Shown: one piece after another, positions 1-10,380 of the stretch | Position numbering within the stretch: position 1 is the first letter of the stretch | Layout of the letters: the number at the start of each line of letters is the position of its first letter | Assembly: GCA_050123235.1 (NCBI GenBank) | Contig: JASFHL010000002.1 | Location: 15,326-79,325 of the forward strand | Length of the DNA: 64,000 bases | Direction: 5' to 3' | Origin: Candidatus Woesebacteria bacterium | Lineage (GTDB): Bacteria > Patescibacteriota > Microgenomatia > UBA1400 > PJMF01 | Program-made: the position numbers and the translations under genes | Notes under the pieces: generated by a model | What the model was told of the DNA's origin: nothing | Seen by the model: only the letters and a program-made list of their open reading frames with translations | Database searches by the model: none

Positions 1-1
1 A

Positions 2-229
2 CGAGATCTAGCAAGACTGATGGCTAATGAAGCAGAAAATGTTAATGCTGATAAGCATGGACGATTAAAAATTCCTGAATATTTGATTAACTTTGCTCAG
101 CTTAAAAAAGAAATCGTAATAATTGGTAGTTACGCAAGAATAGAAATCTGGGATCGTTCTAGCTACCACCAATATATGGATCAAATAGAGAATGAGGCTG
201 AAAAAATCGCTGAATCAATTGCAAATTAA
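2..229 (+). CDS. mraZ: MraZ transcriptional regulator, C-terminal part (5' end outside window)
   Basis: DKHGRLKIP...IIGSYARIEIWD matches the MraZ/SpoVT-AbrB repeat; frame is open from window start; directly upstream of rsmH. Confidence 0.92.
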   Translation, partial: RDLARLMANEAENVNADKHGRLKIPEYLINFAQLKKEIVIIGSYARIEIWDRSSYHQYMDQIENEAEKIAESIAN

Positions 230-231
230 AT

Positions 232-1140
232 ATGACTAAAAATGCATTACACCGGCCAGTTTTATTAAATGAAGTAATGACTCAACTTGATATTCAGCCT
301 GATCATTTTTATCTTGATGCTACTTTTGGGAGAGGTGGACATAGTAGAGAAATCTTAAAGAAGAAAGGTAAAGTAATTGCTTTTGATTGTGATTTAGAGG
401 CAATTAATTATGCTAAAAAGGAGTTCCTAACAGAAATAGCTGAAAAGAATCTAATTTTAGTCAGAGAAAACTTTGATCAGCTAGCAGCAACATTAGAATC
501 AGTAAAAAAACAGCGCAAAATAGAAAAAATTGATGGAATTTTATTTGATTTCGGTACTAGTGTTGATCAACTCAAATCAACAACTAGAGGCTTCAGCTTT
601 GATCATTCTGAAGCAGCACTTGATATGCGTATGGATTCTAGATTAGCTGTTAAAGCTCAAGATTTACTTAGAGTTTTACCAGAAAAACAGTTAAGTAAAA
701 TCTTTTTAATTTATGGCGGTGAAAGAGAAGCTAGAAAAATTGCTAAGGCAGTGGTTGAAAGCCGCAGTAAAGGGCTTAATCAATTTGATACAGTGGGTGA
801 ACTAGTTGAGCTAATTTTAAAAATAAAAAAAGAAAAACGAAAACGCTTACACCCAGCGACTAAAGTTTTTCAAGCTTTGAGAATTGCTGTTAATGATGAA
901 TTAAGTTCAATTCAAAAAGCATTAGATCAGGCATTAAAAATTATTAATAATCAAGGAAAAATTATCTGTATTTCTTTTCATGAAGGAGAAGACAGAATAG
1001 TTAAACGCTTATTTAAACAATGGCAACGACAAAATCTAGGTCAGATGCTAAATAAAAAAGCCATACTGCCTACTGCAGAAGAAATAAAGGCAAATCCTAG
1101 GTCTAGAAGCGCCAAAATGAGAGTCTTTAGAAGAGCATAA
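232..1140 (+). CDS. rsmH: 16S rRNA m4C1402 methyltransferase
   Basis: HRPVLLNE, DATFGRGGHS, LDMRMD, HPATKVFQALRIAVNDE, NPRSRSAKMR motifs. Confidence 0.97.
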   Translation: MTKNALHRPVLLNEVMTQLDIQPDHFYLDATFGRGGHSREILKKKGKVIAFDCDLEAINYAKKEFLTEIAEKNLILVRENFDQLAATLESVKKQRKIEKIDGILFDFGTSVDQLKSTTRGFSFDHSEAALDMRMDSRLAVKAQDLLRVLPEKQLSKIFLIYGGEREARKIAKAVVESRSKGLNQFDTVGELVELILKIKKEKRKRLHPATKVFQALRIAVNDELSSIQKALDQALKIINNQGKIICISFHEGEDRIVKRLFKQWQRQNLGQMLNKKAILPTAEEIKANPRSRSAKMRVFRRA

Positions 1141-1143
1141 AAA

Positions 1144-1437
1144 ATGAAAATTAAACAGTTAACTATCAGCAGCTACTATTTAATTCTATTAGGCGCTACC
1201 CTATTGCAAATCTTATCTTCTGTTTTCAGATTAAGTCAAACTATTATCAGTTCTTCCACGCTAGCTGCTTTAGAACAAGAAAAAGAATCTTTAGCTAAAA
1301 AAGAAAACGAGCTTAAACTAGAATTAAGCCAAAAAATCTCCTTAGCTAAAAATCAAAATGAAGAAGAGAATGATTATCAAATCATTGGACAAGTTATTTT
1401 GATTAATACAGACAAAAAATTGGCCAGCAACAACTAA
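1144..1437 (+). CDS. Probable FtsL-like cell division protein
   Basis: N-terminal TM helix plus coiled coil, in the canonical ftsL position between rsmH and ftsI. Confidence 0.6.
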   Translation: MKIKQLTISSYYLILLGATLLQILSSVFRLSQTIISSSTLAALEQEKESLAKKENELKLELSQKISLAKNQNEEENDYQIIGQVILINTDKKLASNN

Positions 1438-1452
1438 CTCTCATTTTAAGCT

Positions 1453-3210
1453 ATGCCTAAAAGAAAAAATATTCTCATATCAAGGCCTAGATTACTCTTA
1501 TTTATTATTTATACACTCTTAATATTAGTGCAATTGAGACTTTTTTATTGGCAAATTATCAAAGGTCCATCCTTGGAAACTCAAGCTAAGAAACAATCTC
1601 AGAAAGTAGTCGAAATTAAAGGCAAGAGAGGAGAAATTTCTACTTCAGATGGGTTTTTATTAGTTGTTAACAAAGAGTATTTTGAACTCTTTTTCAACAA
1701 AAAAAAACAAGAATTAAGTAATCAAGAAATCATCAATCAAATAAAAGATATTCTTTTAAGAAATAATCATCTTTATCAAAAAGCTCAAGATAAAAAAGAA
1801 CAAAAAATTCTTGAAGAAGAATTAATCGAAACTTTGACTAAAAAAATGAATAGAGATGGCAGTTGGATTAGCCTAGATAAAAAAATATCAAAGGAAACAA
1901 AAGAAAAAATAGAGGAACTTAATTTATCATCCTTGGAGTTTGAAGCGTTTTATGATCGCTTTTATCCTGAAGCATCAATGGCTGCTCATATCACTGGTTT
2001 TGTAGCAGAGAATGATGAAGGAGAGAAAGTAGGCTACTTCGGCATTGAAGGTGCTTTAGATAAGGAATTGGCAGGCAAAACTAGCACTTCATTACTTAAT
2101 ACTGATGCTTTAGGTCTTAAATTGGGAGGACAGGAGCTATTTACTAATTCTATGGATGGACGAAATATTACTCTCACAATCAGAAGAGATTTACAGTTTA
2201 CTACTGAGCAAATGTTAAGAGCAGGCATTCAAAAGTATGAAGCAGATGCTGGCGAAATCATTATCATGGAACCAAAGACTGGCAAAATTCTAAGTCTAGC
2301 TACCTGGCCTGGTTATGAACAAAGTTATTTCTCAGATTACAAAACTAAGCAATTCAAAAATCCTAGCTTAACTCACGTTTATGAGCCAGGTAGTACTTTT
2401 AAAACCCTTACCGTAGCTGCAGGTCTTGACTCTCAAGTGATCACGCCAGAAACTGTCTGTACTCGCTGCAGTGGCCCTAGAAAAATTGATAAATATACTA
2501 TTAAAACCTGGAATGAAGAATATCACCCAAACATTAATATCACTGAAGCTTTGGCTAAATCAGATAATATTGCCATGATCTTTGTGGCTGAGAAAATAGG
2601 CCGAGAAAAATTTCTTGAATACTTAAAAAATTTCGGCATTGGTCAAAAAATAGGCTTAGACCTTCAAGAAGATACAGACAGCCCCTTTCCCCAAAAACTA
2701 GGACCTGTTGAATTAGCCACTGTTTCTTTTGGACAGGGAATTAGTACTACCAGCCTCCAGCTAATTCGTGCTATTGCTACTATTGCTAATCAAGGAAAAA
2801 TGATGAAACCTTTAATTGTAGAAAAAGCATTTGATCCAATTCAAAATAAAGAAATTATTAGTCAAGCTATCTTAGAAAGACAAGTAATTAGTCAAGAAAG
2901 CGCGCAAAAAGTAACAAAGATGATGGTCAATGCTGCTGAAAAAGGAGAGGCGCAATGGACAGCATCTGCTAGACATACCGTTGCTGGTAAAACTGGTACC
3001 TCTCAGATTGCTACCAAGGGTGGTTACGAAGAAGACAAAACCATTGCCAGTTTTGTTGGTTTTGCGCCAGCTGATGATCCTCGCTTTATTATGTTAGTAA
3101 AATTAATAAACCCTAAAACTAGCCCCTGGGCGGCCGAAACTGCGGCTCCGTTGTGGTACAAAGTGGCTGATAAAGTGTTTTTATTGATGAATATACCGTC
3201 AGATAAATAA
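1453..3210 (+). CDS. ftsI: Class B penicillin-binding protein (FtsI/PBP3-like)
   Basis: N-terminal TM, RGEI, YEPGSTFK (SxxK), SDN (SxN), KTGT motifs. Confidence 0.92.
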   Translation: MPKRKNILISRPRLLLFIIYTLLILVQLRLFYWQIIKGPSLETQAKKQSQKVVEIKGKRGEISTSDGFLLVVNKEYFELFFNKKKQELSNQEIINQIKDILLRNNHLYQKAQDKKEQKILEEELIETLTKKMNRDGSWISLDKKISKETKEKIEELNLSSLEFEAFYDRFYPEASMAAHITGFVAENDEGEKVGYFGIEGALDKELAGKTSTSLLNTDALGLKLGGQELFTNSMDGRNITLTIRRDLQFTTEQMLRAGIQKYEADAGEIIIMEPKTGKILSLATWPGYEQSYFSDYKTKQFKNPSLTHVYEPGSTFKTLTVAAGLDSQVITPETVCTRCSGPRKIDKYTIKTWNEEYHPNINITEALAKSDNIAMIFVAEKIGREKFLEYLKNFGIGQKIGLDLQEDTDSPFPQKLGPVELATVSFGQGISTTSLQLIRAIATIANQGKMMKPLIVEKAFDPIQNKEIISQAILERQVISQESAQKVTKMMVNAAEKGEAQWTASARHTVAGKTGTSQIATKGGYEEDKTIASFVGFAPADDPRFIMLVKLINPKTSPWAAETAAPLWYKVADKVFLLMNIPSDK

Positions 3211-3213
3211 AGT

Positions 3214-3648
3214 TTAAGATAATTCTCTCAGAAGTTCGATGTTTAGTAACCAATCATTAAAATCTCTTTGTTTAACTAATGTCTTACGCTTTATTTCTTC
3301 TCCGTCAACCTCAACGAGAAGTTCTACTTCAAGTCCATCAGGACCTTCAGCTGTATTAATCAATCTTGCTACTGAAATATAGTCTGATAATCCTTGCAAA
3401 AATCCTAAGTTAAAAAGCTTATAACCACCTTTTTCTACAGGCCTTCCAGAAGAATCAACTCTTACATCCTTCACCAAAGACCAAGGAATCTCAATTCTTA
3501 ACTCTGAATTTGTATTTCCATTTAATTGTCCCAAAACTTCTAATCTGTCATTCCTTGTCAAATCAAATCAATCTCTTTCAATTATAGTTGGCCTCCCTGC
3601 TTTTTCTCCTTCAGTAGTTACTCTTGTCCAGACTTTGATTGATCCCAT
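3214..3648 (-). pseudogene. Orphan ORF interrupted by an in-frame TGA at codon 27 (or a shorter CDS from TTG 3561)
   Basis: ATG 3648 reads MGSIKVWTRVTTEGEKAGRPTIIERD*FDLTRNDRL..., in frame with the 115-aa ORF; TGA at 3568-3570. Confidence 0.5.
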
Positions 3649-3753
3649 TCTTCATACCTTTCATCAATCATCTAATAAAATATCTTCAAAAACATTAAAT
3701 CATAATCTATCAAGAATTGCAAAATTAGATTTATCGTGAAATAAAAAAAAGCA

Positions 3754-4572
3754 CTAACTCTCATTGGTTAGCTTCATAATCTTCTCTAAATCATCCTGAG
3801 TAGCCTCTAAAGAACCTTTAAGAATAATAGTCACTTTAGTCTGGCTCTTAGAACGACTTAATCTCATTTTAGCTGGAACATTGAAAAATGCTTTGGAGTT
3901 TCTTTGCCATTTATTAATTACTTCGTCATTTTTTTGTGTTGGCCTACCAGCCTTAGTTTTCTGATTAACACTCTCCTTAAAACGCCTGGATAACTCCTCT
4001 GCTCGTCTGACTGAAGCTCCTTCTTTGAGCACCAATTTATAACAATTAACCATTAGCTTTTCATCTTCAATCCCTGATAAAGCCCTGGCATGTCCTTCAG
4101 TAATCTGCTTACCAATCAGACCATCTTTAATTGCATCTGGTAATTTAAGAAGCTTAAGACTATTACTAATGTAAGCAGGAGATTTTCCAATGCGTTTAGC
4201 TAAATCAGTGGCAGATAACCTAAAATCTCTCATCAGTTGCTGAAAAGCTTGAGCTCGCTCAATTGCATTCAAATCAAGTCGTTGCACATTTTCTACTAGA
4301 GCCATCTCTAGCATCCCACGAGGTGTGGTTTTTTTTATATAAACAGGCACTTCTTTTAAGCCAGCTAATTTTGAAGCTCTCCAGCGTCTTTCACCAGCAA
4401 TAATCTGATAACCTGCTGGTGTCTGAGCAATCACCAGAGGCTCCAAAATACCATAAGTTTTAATAGATTGTACTAACTCATCCAAATCTTCTTTTTTGAT
4501 TTTCTCTCTTGGCTGAAAAGGATTCGGTTGTAGTTGTGAGACCGACAGAGTAGTAGGGTTATTTTGAGTCAT
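3754..4572 (-). CDS. parB: ParB/Spo0J chromosome partitioning protein
   Basis: PNPFQPR, IIAGERRWRA (CTP-binding box), ALVENVQR, HTH region, GHARAL. Confidence 0.95.
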   Translation of the reverse strand: MTQNNPTTLSVSQLQPNPFQPREKIKKEDLDELVQSIKTYGILEPLVIAQTPAGYQIIAGERRWRASKLAGLKEVPVYIKKTTPRGMLEMALVENVQRLDLNAIERAQAFQQLMRDFRLSATDLAKRIGKSPAYISNSLKLLKLPDAIKDGLIGKQITEGHARALSGIEDEKLMVNCYKLVLKEGASVRRAEELSRRFKESVNQKTKAGRPTQKNDEVINKWQRNSKAFFNVPAKMRLSRSKSQTKVTIILKGSLEATQDDLEKIMKLTNES

Positions 4573-4626
4573 AACCTCAGTATACAAAAAAAACTATAAC
4601 TAATAAAAGAGGAAATTTAAATTTAT

Positions 4627-4881
4627 TTATAAACTAACATTTACCACTGTTTTACCAAATCTTTTACCAAAGTTCACCACGCCTTCAATCATAGCAAAAA
4701 TTGTATGATCTTTACCCATACCCACGCCTTTACCGAGCTTATAAACAGCTCCCTTTTGTCGTAAAATAATATTACCGGCTTTTACTTTTTCACCAGCATA
4801 CTTTTTGACACCTAATCTTTTACCATGGCGTTTACCCTGAGCGTGTTGCTTAACACTACCAGAGCCTTTAACATGTGCCAT
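4627..4881 (-). CDS. rpmA: 50S ribosomal protein L27
   Basis: MAHVKG, KRLGVKK, GNIILRQ, GKDHTIFA. Confidence 0.97.
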   Translation of the reverse strand: MAHVKGSGSVKQHAQGKRHGKRLGVKKYAGEKVKAGNIILRQKGAVYKLGKGVGMGKDHTIFAMIEGVVNFGKRFGKTVVNVSL

Positions 4882-4899
4882 ATTAATTATCCCTTTTTT

Positions 4900-6057
4900 C
4901 TATTTAGATTTATAACTAAAAATTAAAATTTCTCTTTCTACTATTGCTTGTTTCCGTCTGTATAACAAAGGTTCAATCTCAAGAGTATATCCCCAAATTC
5001 TTAATTTGTCAATCAATTTCTTCAGAGAATAAACTTTATTTTTACTCCTAACTAATGGAAAAATAATTAACACTTTTGCATTATCTTTAAGTAATTTTGT
5101 CCATTGTTTAAATGCTCCTAGATATAACTTCTCAAGACCTTTGAAAATACCTGCTAATTGCTTTTCTTGAGGCCTCGGTTTACCCAAAAAAGGTTCTGTG
5201 ATAATTAAATCAATTTTTCCTTCTAAATTAGCGGCTGATACTTTACTAACATCTGCTTGGAAAACCTTGGGAGGGGATTGCTTAAAGTTTTCAGTTAAAG
5301 TATATTCTTTCTCCAGCCAGTCTAAATTCCTTTTAGTGCCGATCACAGCCTGATAATCAAAATCAGAACCTAGTAGCTGACAACCTCTTAAAGCGGCCTC
5401 CATTAAAATTGTGCCAGTGCCACAAAAAGGATCATAAAGTCTTGTATTTTCTTGAAATTTTCCTAAACCCAAGTTCACTAAAATCCTAGCTACTTTAGGA
5501 GGCAACATTCCTTTCTTACGATCAAAATATGGCTTTTCTCTGTCTCTTTTAGTCCAGTCGTCGATATTTTGAATTGCAATTGTTCTACTTAAAAAAATAG
5601 CGTCATCTTTTACAAAAAGACTGATCTCTTGTACATCGCGCTGGTGTAATAAAATTGCAGCAGATAAACCAGACCTATCTTTAACATCAAAATATTTCGA
5701 TTTAATTTGCTTTAATCTTAAAATCTTTTTTATATCACTCGCTTCAAGTTGAAAATTAAGAGGTGATAAAACATTAAGAGCAAATTTTACTTTGCTTGAA
5801 CTTACTATTAAGAGCGCATCAGCAATCGCTTCTGAGACTGTCTCTGGTGAAACTGCTTCTATTTTTTTCTCTAGTTTAAGAATCTTTACTACTCCTCCTA
5901 AAATAGTCATCAGTAAACGAGCTTCTTCATCATTATCAAGCTCCAAACTAATTAGATCGTTAAAAATCTCTCCTTGTTTTTTATGAGGAAGAACTGACTG
6001 TATTTCAGCTTTAGATAGAGTAGGGGTATTCCCTAAAAAGAAAAAATAATTAGGCAT
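4900..6057 (-). CDS. SAM-dependent RNA methyltransferase, Trm11/TrmG10-like
   Basis: GMLPPKVARILVNL, YDPFCGTGTILMEA, GSD, ITEPFLG motifs; start taken at ATG 6057. Confidence 0.75.
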   Translation of the reverse strand: MPNYFFFLGNTPTLSKAEIQSVLPHKKQGEIFNDLISLELDNDEEARLLMTILGGVVKILKLEKKIEAVSPETVSEAIADALLIVSSSKVKFALNVLSPLNFQLEASDIKKILRLKQIKSKYFDVKDRSGLSAAILLHQRDVQEISLFVKDDAIFLSRTIAIQNIDDWTKRDREKPYFDRKKGMLPPKVARILVNLGLGKFQENTRLYDPFCGTGTILMEAALRGCQLLGSDFDYQAVIGTKRNLDWLEKEYTLTENFKQSPPKVFQADVSKVSAANLEGKIDLIITEPFLGKPRPQEKQLAGIFKGLEKLYLGAFKQWTKLLKDNAKVLIIFPLVRSKNKVYSLKKLIDKLRIWGYTLEIEPLLYRRKQAIVEREILIFSYKSK

Positions 6058-6071
6058 TTTTAAATGGAGCT

Positions 6072-6386
6072 TCAAACAATTTTCAATAACTCAAGAGTAC
6101 TTTGTGCTTGCCTATGTCCTTTAACCTTCCTATATCGAGATTTAGCTTTAAATTTTGCCACTCTAATCTTCTTTGCTTTGTCATGAGATAAAACCTTAAA
6201 CTTGAGTTTAGCACCTTTGAGCAAAGGTGTGCCAATCTTCACTGTTTTACCATCATTTAGCAATAAAACTTCATTCACTTCCAATTCGTTACCTTCCTTA
6301 GTTTCCAATCTATCAATTACTAGCTTATCACCTTCCGAAACTTTGTATTGTTTTCCTTGGAGTTGAATAATAGCGTATTTTTTCAT
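6072..6386 (-). CDS. rplU: 50S ribosomal protein L21
   Basis: YAIIQLQGKQYKV, GHRQ motifs. Confidence 0.97.
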   Translation of the reverse strand: MKKYAIIQLQGKQYKVSEGDKLVIDRLETKEGNELEVNEVLLLNDGKTVKIGTPLLKGAKLKFKVLSHDKAKKIRVAKFKAKSRYRKVKGHRQAQSTLELLKIV

Positions 6387-6414
6387 AACGAGAAGTAATT
6401 ATAACATAGATTTT

Positions 6415-7482
6415 TTAACTAACACTAAGAGTTATATCCTTTTTTTGCGATCTGATCATTCTTTGTGCTAAAGCAAAAATTAAAAAAATCGTCAAAACAC
6501 TACTGCCACCGTAAGAGAGCAGGGGTAAAGTAATTCCAGTAATAGGTAAGAGACCTATATTCATACCGATATTTATACCTGTCTGTAAAAGTAACATCGT
6601 AGCAATCATTAAAAAATATAACTGAAACTTAGGGTTCTCAAATTTGAAACCCAAATAAACAAAAAACAATGTGAGGCTAGTATAAAGTAATAATAAAAAA
6701 CTAGATCCCATAAACCCCCATTCTTCTGCAAAAGAAGCAAAAATAAAATCAGTTTGACGTTCTGGTAAAAATTTAAGGTGAGATTGTACTCCAAAACCAA
6801 TACCTCTTCCCAAGATCTTACCTGAACCAACTGCAATTAAAGATTGTCTAGCATTGTAAGCAGAATCATCTTCTTCACTATAACCACTAGAAAAAGTTAA
6901 AAATCTTTGTTTTTGATAATCTTTTAGCAGAAAATTCCAAGCCATGATGACAGTTAGTAATGAACTTAGTAACAAAAAAAGAATATATTTAAAATCCAGT
7001 TTAATTAATAAAAGTATCGTCCCAACAGTGAATAAATAAATAGCAGCTGTGCCCATATCTGGTTGTAAAAAAATTAATAAAGCAGGAATTATAATAATGA
7101 AAAGTAATTCCAAAAATTTTTTAAAATTTCTAATTTTATTTTGCTCAAGCCAAGATAATAAATGAAGTGCAGTAGCAGGAATAGCTAATTGTGAAGGTTG
7201 AAACTTGAATCCTCCTGGCAAGTTAATCCATGAGACTACTCCTCGAGTTGTTTTACCTATTAATAACAAAATCAATAATAAAACAGACAAAGATAAATAA
7301 AAAACAAATGAATACTTTTCAATTTTTTTATATGAAATTTTAGAAACAATAAAAAAAAGAACAAAACCCAATACAAAATAAAGAGTTTGCCGCCACACTA
7401 GATTTGGCGATACGCTTTTTATAGTTAGCAAACTAATCACAGCTAAAATTGCTGCCCATAAAGGAAGAAAGACCTGTTTCAT
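6415..7482 (-). CDS. rodA: SEDS family peptidoglycan polymerase RodA
   Basis: Multi-TM; LQPDMGT, QSLIAVGSG, LPERQTDFIF, PITGITLPLLSYGGSS. Confidence 0.9.
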   Translation of the reverse strand: MKQVFLPLWAAILAVISLLTIKSVSPNLVWRQTLYFVLGFVLFFIVSKISYKKIEKYSFVFYLSLSVLLLILLLIGKTTRGVVSWINLPGGFKFQPSQLAIPATALHLLSWLEQNKIRNFKKFLELLFIIIIPALLIFLQPDMGTAAIYLFTVGTILLLIKLDFKYILFLLLSSLLTVIMAWNFLLKDYQKQRFLTFSSGYSEEDDSAYNARQSLIAVGSGKILGRGIGFGVQSHLKFLPERQTDFIFASFAEEWGFMGSSFLLLLYTSLTLFFVYLGFKFENPKFQLYFLMIATMLLLQTGINIGMNIGLLPITGITLPLLSYGGSSVLTIFLIFALAQRMIRSQKKDITLSVS

Positions 7483-7510
7483 AGAAACAGTTTTAAAGAA
7501 AAGCTAAGCA

Positions 7511-10351
7511 TTAGTCAAGCAACAACTTATTTCCGTCGCCTTTGATTAGTTTGCAGTTAGTCTTTTTTTCAATTTCAGCCTGCCAAGCACTTGGCCAATT
7601 TGACAACTGCACTTTAGCAAGAGCGTCTAATTTCAGACCAGCTTTGCGACGCATATTTTGTACTTTTCTAATCAATTCACGAGCCTCGCCTTCTTCTTTT
7701 AGAGCAGCTGTAAGTTTAAAATCAAACTCTACTGATGTTTCAGCATCTTTTTGCCATTTGACTTTTTTGACATTAACTTCTTGTTCAATCAAAGGCAATA
7801 AGTCGTTTTCCATGCTCAGTTTTTGCACAGCTTTAACTGTTAAACCAGCTAATGGCTGTCGCAGCTTAACTCTATTTTCTTTTCTAGTAGCGTGAGCTTG
7901 TTCCACTACTTGTCTAACTAACTTCATTTCTCCTTCCAACTTCTCATCCAAAAATTCTTTTTGCACTTTTGGCCAATCAGTTAAGTGAATTGAGCTTTTG
8001 TCATCCAACAAATTGTGCTGAATTAATTCAGCGAAAAATGGACAAAGCGGAGCATAGAGCTGAGCTAAGCTGTATAAAACATAGCCAAATACTTGACTAA
8101 CTTCTTTATTGTCTTCAGCCTTAATTCTATTCCTGCTTAATCTTAAATACCAGGTAGAAAGATCATTTACAAAACTGATCAAAGCTCTGCTAGCACGGAC
8201 TACATCATAAGCATCCATTTGTTTAGTAACATTTTTAATTAAACTTTGCGTTTTACTCAAAATCCAGCGATCCATCACATCTAATTTTTGATAATCCAAA
8301 CCTTTAAGATCTAAACTCATATTTTGCTTAGCAAAAGTTTTGTAAAAAGCTAAAACATTCCACCAAATAATAAAAACTTTTCGCCGTAAATCAGCAACTT
8401 CTTTTTTATTAAAATTAATATTTTCAGATTTCATCACATTGGAACTCATCAAATAAAGCCTTAAACTATCCACGCCATATTGATCAATCAATAGCATTGG
8501 ATCTGGATAGTTTTTCTTAGACTTACTCATCTTGGAACCATCTGCTGCCAAAATAGTCCCTGTATTCAAGACATTTTCAAATGAGGGCTGTCCAAAAACA
8601 CCCACTCCCATCACATGCATTGTATAAAACCAAGCCCTAGTTTGAGCAATATACTCACTGACAAACTGCGCAGGATAATTCTTTTCAAAAAATTCTTTAT
8701 TTTCAAAAGGATAATGAACTGAAGCAAAAGGCATTGATCCAGATTCAACCCAGCAATCAAAAACCTCAGAAACTCTTTTACCTTTTACTTTTTTCTTATC
8801 ATCAAGCCAAACTTCAACATCATCTAAAAATTCTCTATGTAAATCTTTTAATCCTGTCATCTGTTGAGGATCAACCGCCCGTTGTTTAAGTTCATCCACA
8901 GAACCAATTACTCTCATTTTCTTTCCGTCTTTACTTTTCCAAATTGGCATGGGTGTACCCCAATAACGAGATCTAGAAATATTCCAGTCAGGAGCATTCT
9001 CAAGTCCTTTTAAAAAACGGCCGTGTTTCAAATGAGCTGGATACCAATTGATTTTTTCATTTTCTTTAATTAAATCTGCTTTAATTTTTTGCACATCAAT
9101 AAACCAAGCTGGCAGTGGAGCATAGTACAAACGAGTAGCACAACGATAACAAGTAGGCACATTGTGATGATATGTATCTTCACGATAAATTAAATTCCTT
9201 TTTTTCAAATCCTCATTAACTAGAGGATTGGCTTTTAAAATATCCATCCCTGCCCAAGGCTTAACTTCTTTTTTAAGTTTACCTTCTTCATCGACATGTT
9301 CAACTAACTGAATCTTGTGAGCTTTCATCACCCGATAGTCATCTTCACCATAGATAGCTAAGGTAACTACCCCTGTTCCTTCATCATCTGTGACAAAATC
9401 AGCAGTAATTACTACTCCGGCTCTTTCATTTTTCTTTCTCTTTGGATAAAAATCATAATGAAGTTCAAATTCTAAATCTTCTAGCTCACGACCTTTATAT
9501 CTTTCAACTATTTCATAAGGTTTTGCTTTTAAAATCTTAATTGTAGATTCAGCTAAAATATAAAATTCTTCCTTAGCATCGTCACTTTTTTGTTTAACTT
9601 TCACATAAGTTAAATCTGGATTAACGGCTAAAGCAGGAGTGGCTAACTTATTCCAAGGAGTAGTCGACCAAGCCAATAGATAAGTATTATCTTGACTAAA
9701 AACTTTGTATTTATAAATATTAGATGCCTCTGTAACATCCTCATAACTATTATCCATGGCTATTTCAAAATTAGACAGTGGCGTAGCACAACGAGGACAA
9801 TAGAGAATTACTTTTCTACCTTCATAAACCAGGCCTTTATCAACTAACTGTTTAAAGCCCCACCAAACAGACTCCATATAAGAGAGATCCATTGTTTTAT
9901 AGTTATTCTTAAAATCAACCCATCTGCCCAGTCTACCAATGATTTTTTCCCATTCTTTATCCAGTCGAAGCACTTCTTTTCTACAAGTATCATTAAATTT
10001 ATCAATTCCAAGCTCTTCAATACCTTTTTTACCACCTTTGATGTCTAATTTTTTTTCAATCATATTTTCAATTGGTAAACCATGACAATCCCACCCCCAA
10101 ACACGTTCCACTCGTTTGCCTTTCATTGTTTGATAACGAGGAATTACATCTTTGGAAGTAGAACCTAATAAATGACCATAGTGAGGCAAACCCGTAGCAA
10201 ATGGTGGGCCATCATAAAAAACATAAACATTATCTTTACTTCTATTTTTAACAGATTTTTCAAATATTTTATTTTTTTGCCAAAACTCTAATACTTCTTC
10301 TTCAAGTTTTGGTAAATTTGGAGTTTGTCTAAAATTTTTTACTTTTGGCAT
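7511..10351 (-). CDS. ileS: Isoleucine--tRNA ligase, type 2 (eukaryote-like)
   Basis: DGPPFATGLPHYGH, GWDCHGLP, WNISRSRYWGTP, KMSKS; no C-terminal Zn finger of IleRS1. Confidence 0.96.
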   Translation of the reverse strand: MPKVKNFRQTPNLPKLEEEVLEFWQKNKIFEKSVKNRSKDNVYVFYDGPPFATGLPHYGHLLGSTSKDVIPRYQTMKGKRVERVWGWDCHGLPIENMIEKKLDIKGGKKGIEELGIDKFNDTCRKEVLRLDKEWEKIIGRLGRWVDFKNNYKTMDLSYMESVWWGFKQLVDKGLVYEGRKVILYCPRCATPLSNFEIAMDNSYEDVTEASNIYKYKVFSQDNTYLLAWSTTPWNKLATPALAVNPDLTYVKVKQKSDDAKEEFYILAESTIKILKAKPYEIVERYKGRELEDLEFELHYDFYPKRKKNERAGVVITADFVTDDEGTGVVTLAIYGEDDYRVMKAHKIQLVEHVDEEGKLKKEVKPWAGMDILKANPLVNEDLKKRNLIYREDTYHHNVPTCYRCATRLYYAPLPAWFIDVQKIKADLIKENEKINWYPAHLKHGRFLKGLENAPDWNISRSRYWGTPMPIWKSKDGKKMRVIGSVDELKQRAVDPQQMTGLKDLHREFLDDVEVWLDDKKKVKGKRVSEVFDCWVESGSMPFASVHYPFENKEFFEKNYPAQFVSEYIAQTRAWFYTMHVMGVGVFGQPSFENVLNTGTILAADGSKMSKSKKNYPDPMLLIDQYGVDSLRLYLMSSNVMKSENINFNKKEVADLRRKVFIIWWNVLAFYKTFAKQNMSLDLKGLDYQKLDVMDRWILSKTQSLIKNVTKQMDAYDVVRASRALISFVNDLSTWYLRLSRNRIKAEDNKEVSQVFGYVLYSLAQLYAPLCPFFAELIQHNLLDDKSSIHLTDWPKVQKEFLDEKLEGEMKLVRQVVEQAHATRKENRVKLRQPLAGLTVKAVQKLSMENDLLPLIEQEVNVKKVKWQKDAETSVEFDFKLTAALKEEGEARELIRKVQNMRRKAGLKLDALAKVQLSNWPSAWQAEIEKKTNCKLIKGDGNKLLLD

Positions 10352-10380
10352 TGTTAATTCCTTTGTTACTTAAATAAATT

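Noticed and set aside
3568-3570. Genome-wide TGA recoding (code 25 or 4)
   Set aside because: rplU, mutM, efp and polX end at TGA at their expected lengths, and no conserved gene has an internal TGA.
3754-4572. parS site or replication origin near parB
   Set aside because: No parS palindrome (TGTTNCACGTGAAACA) or DnaA-box cluster seen by eye; parA is not adjacent.
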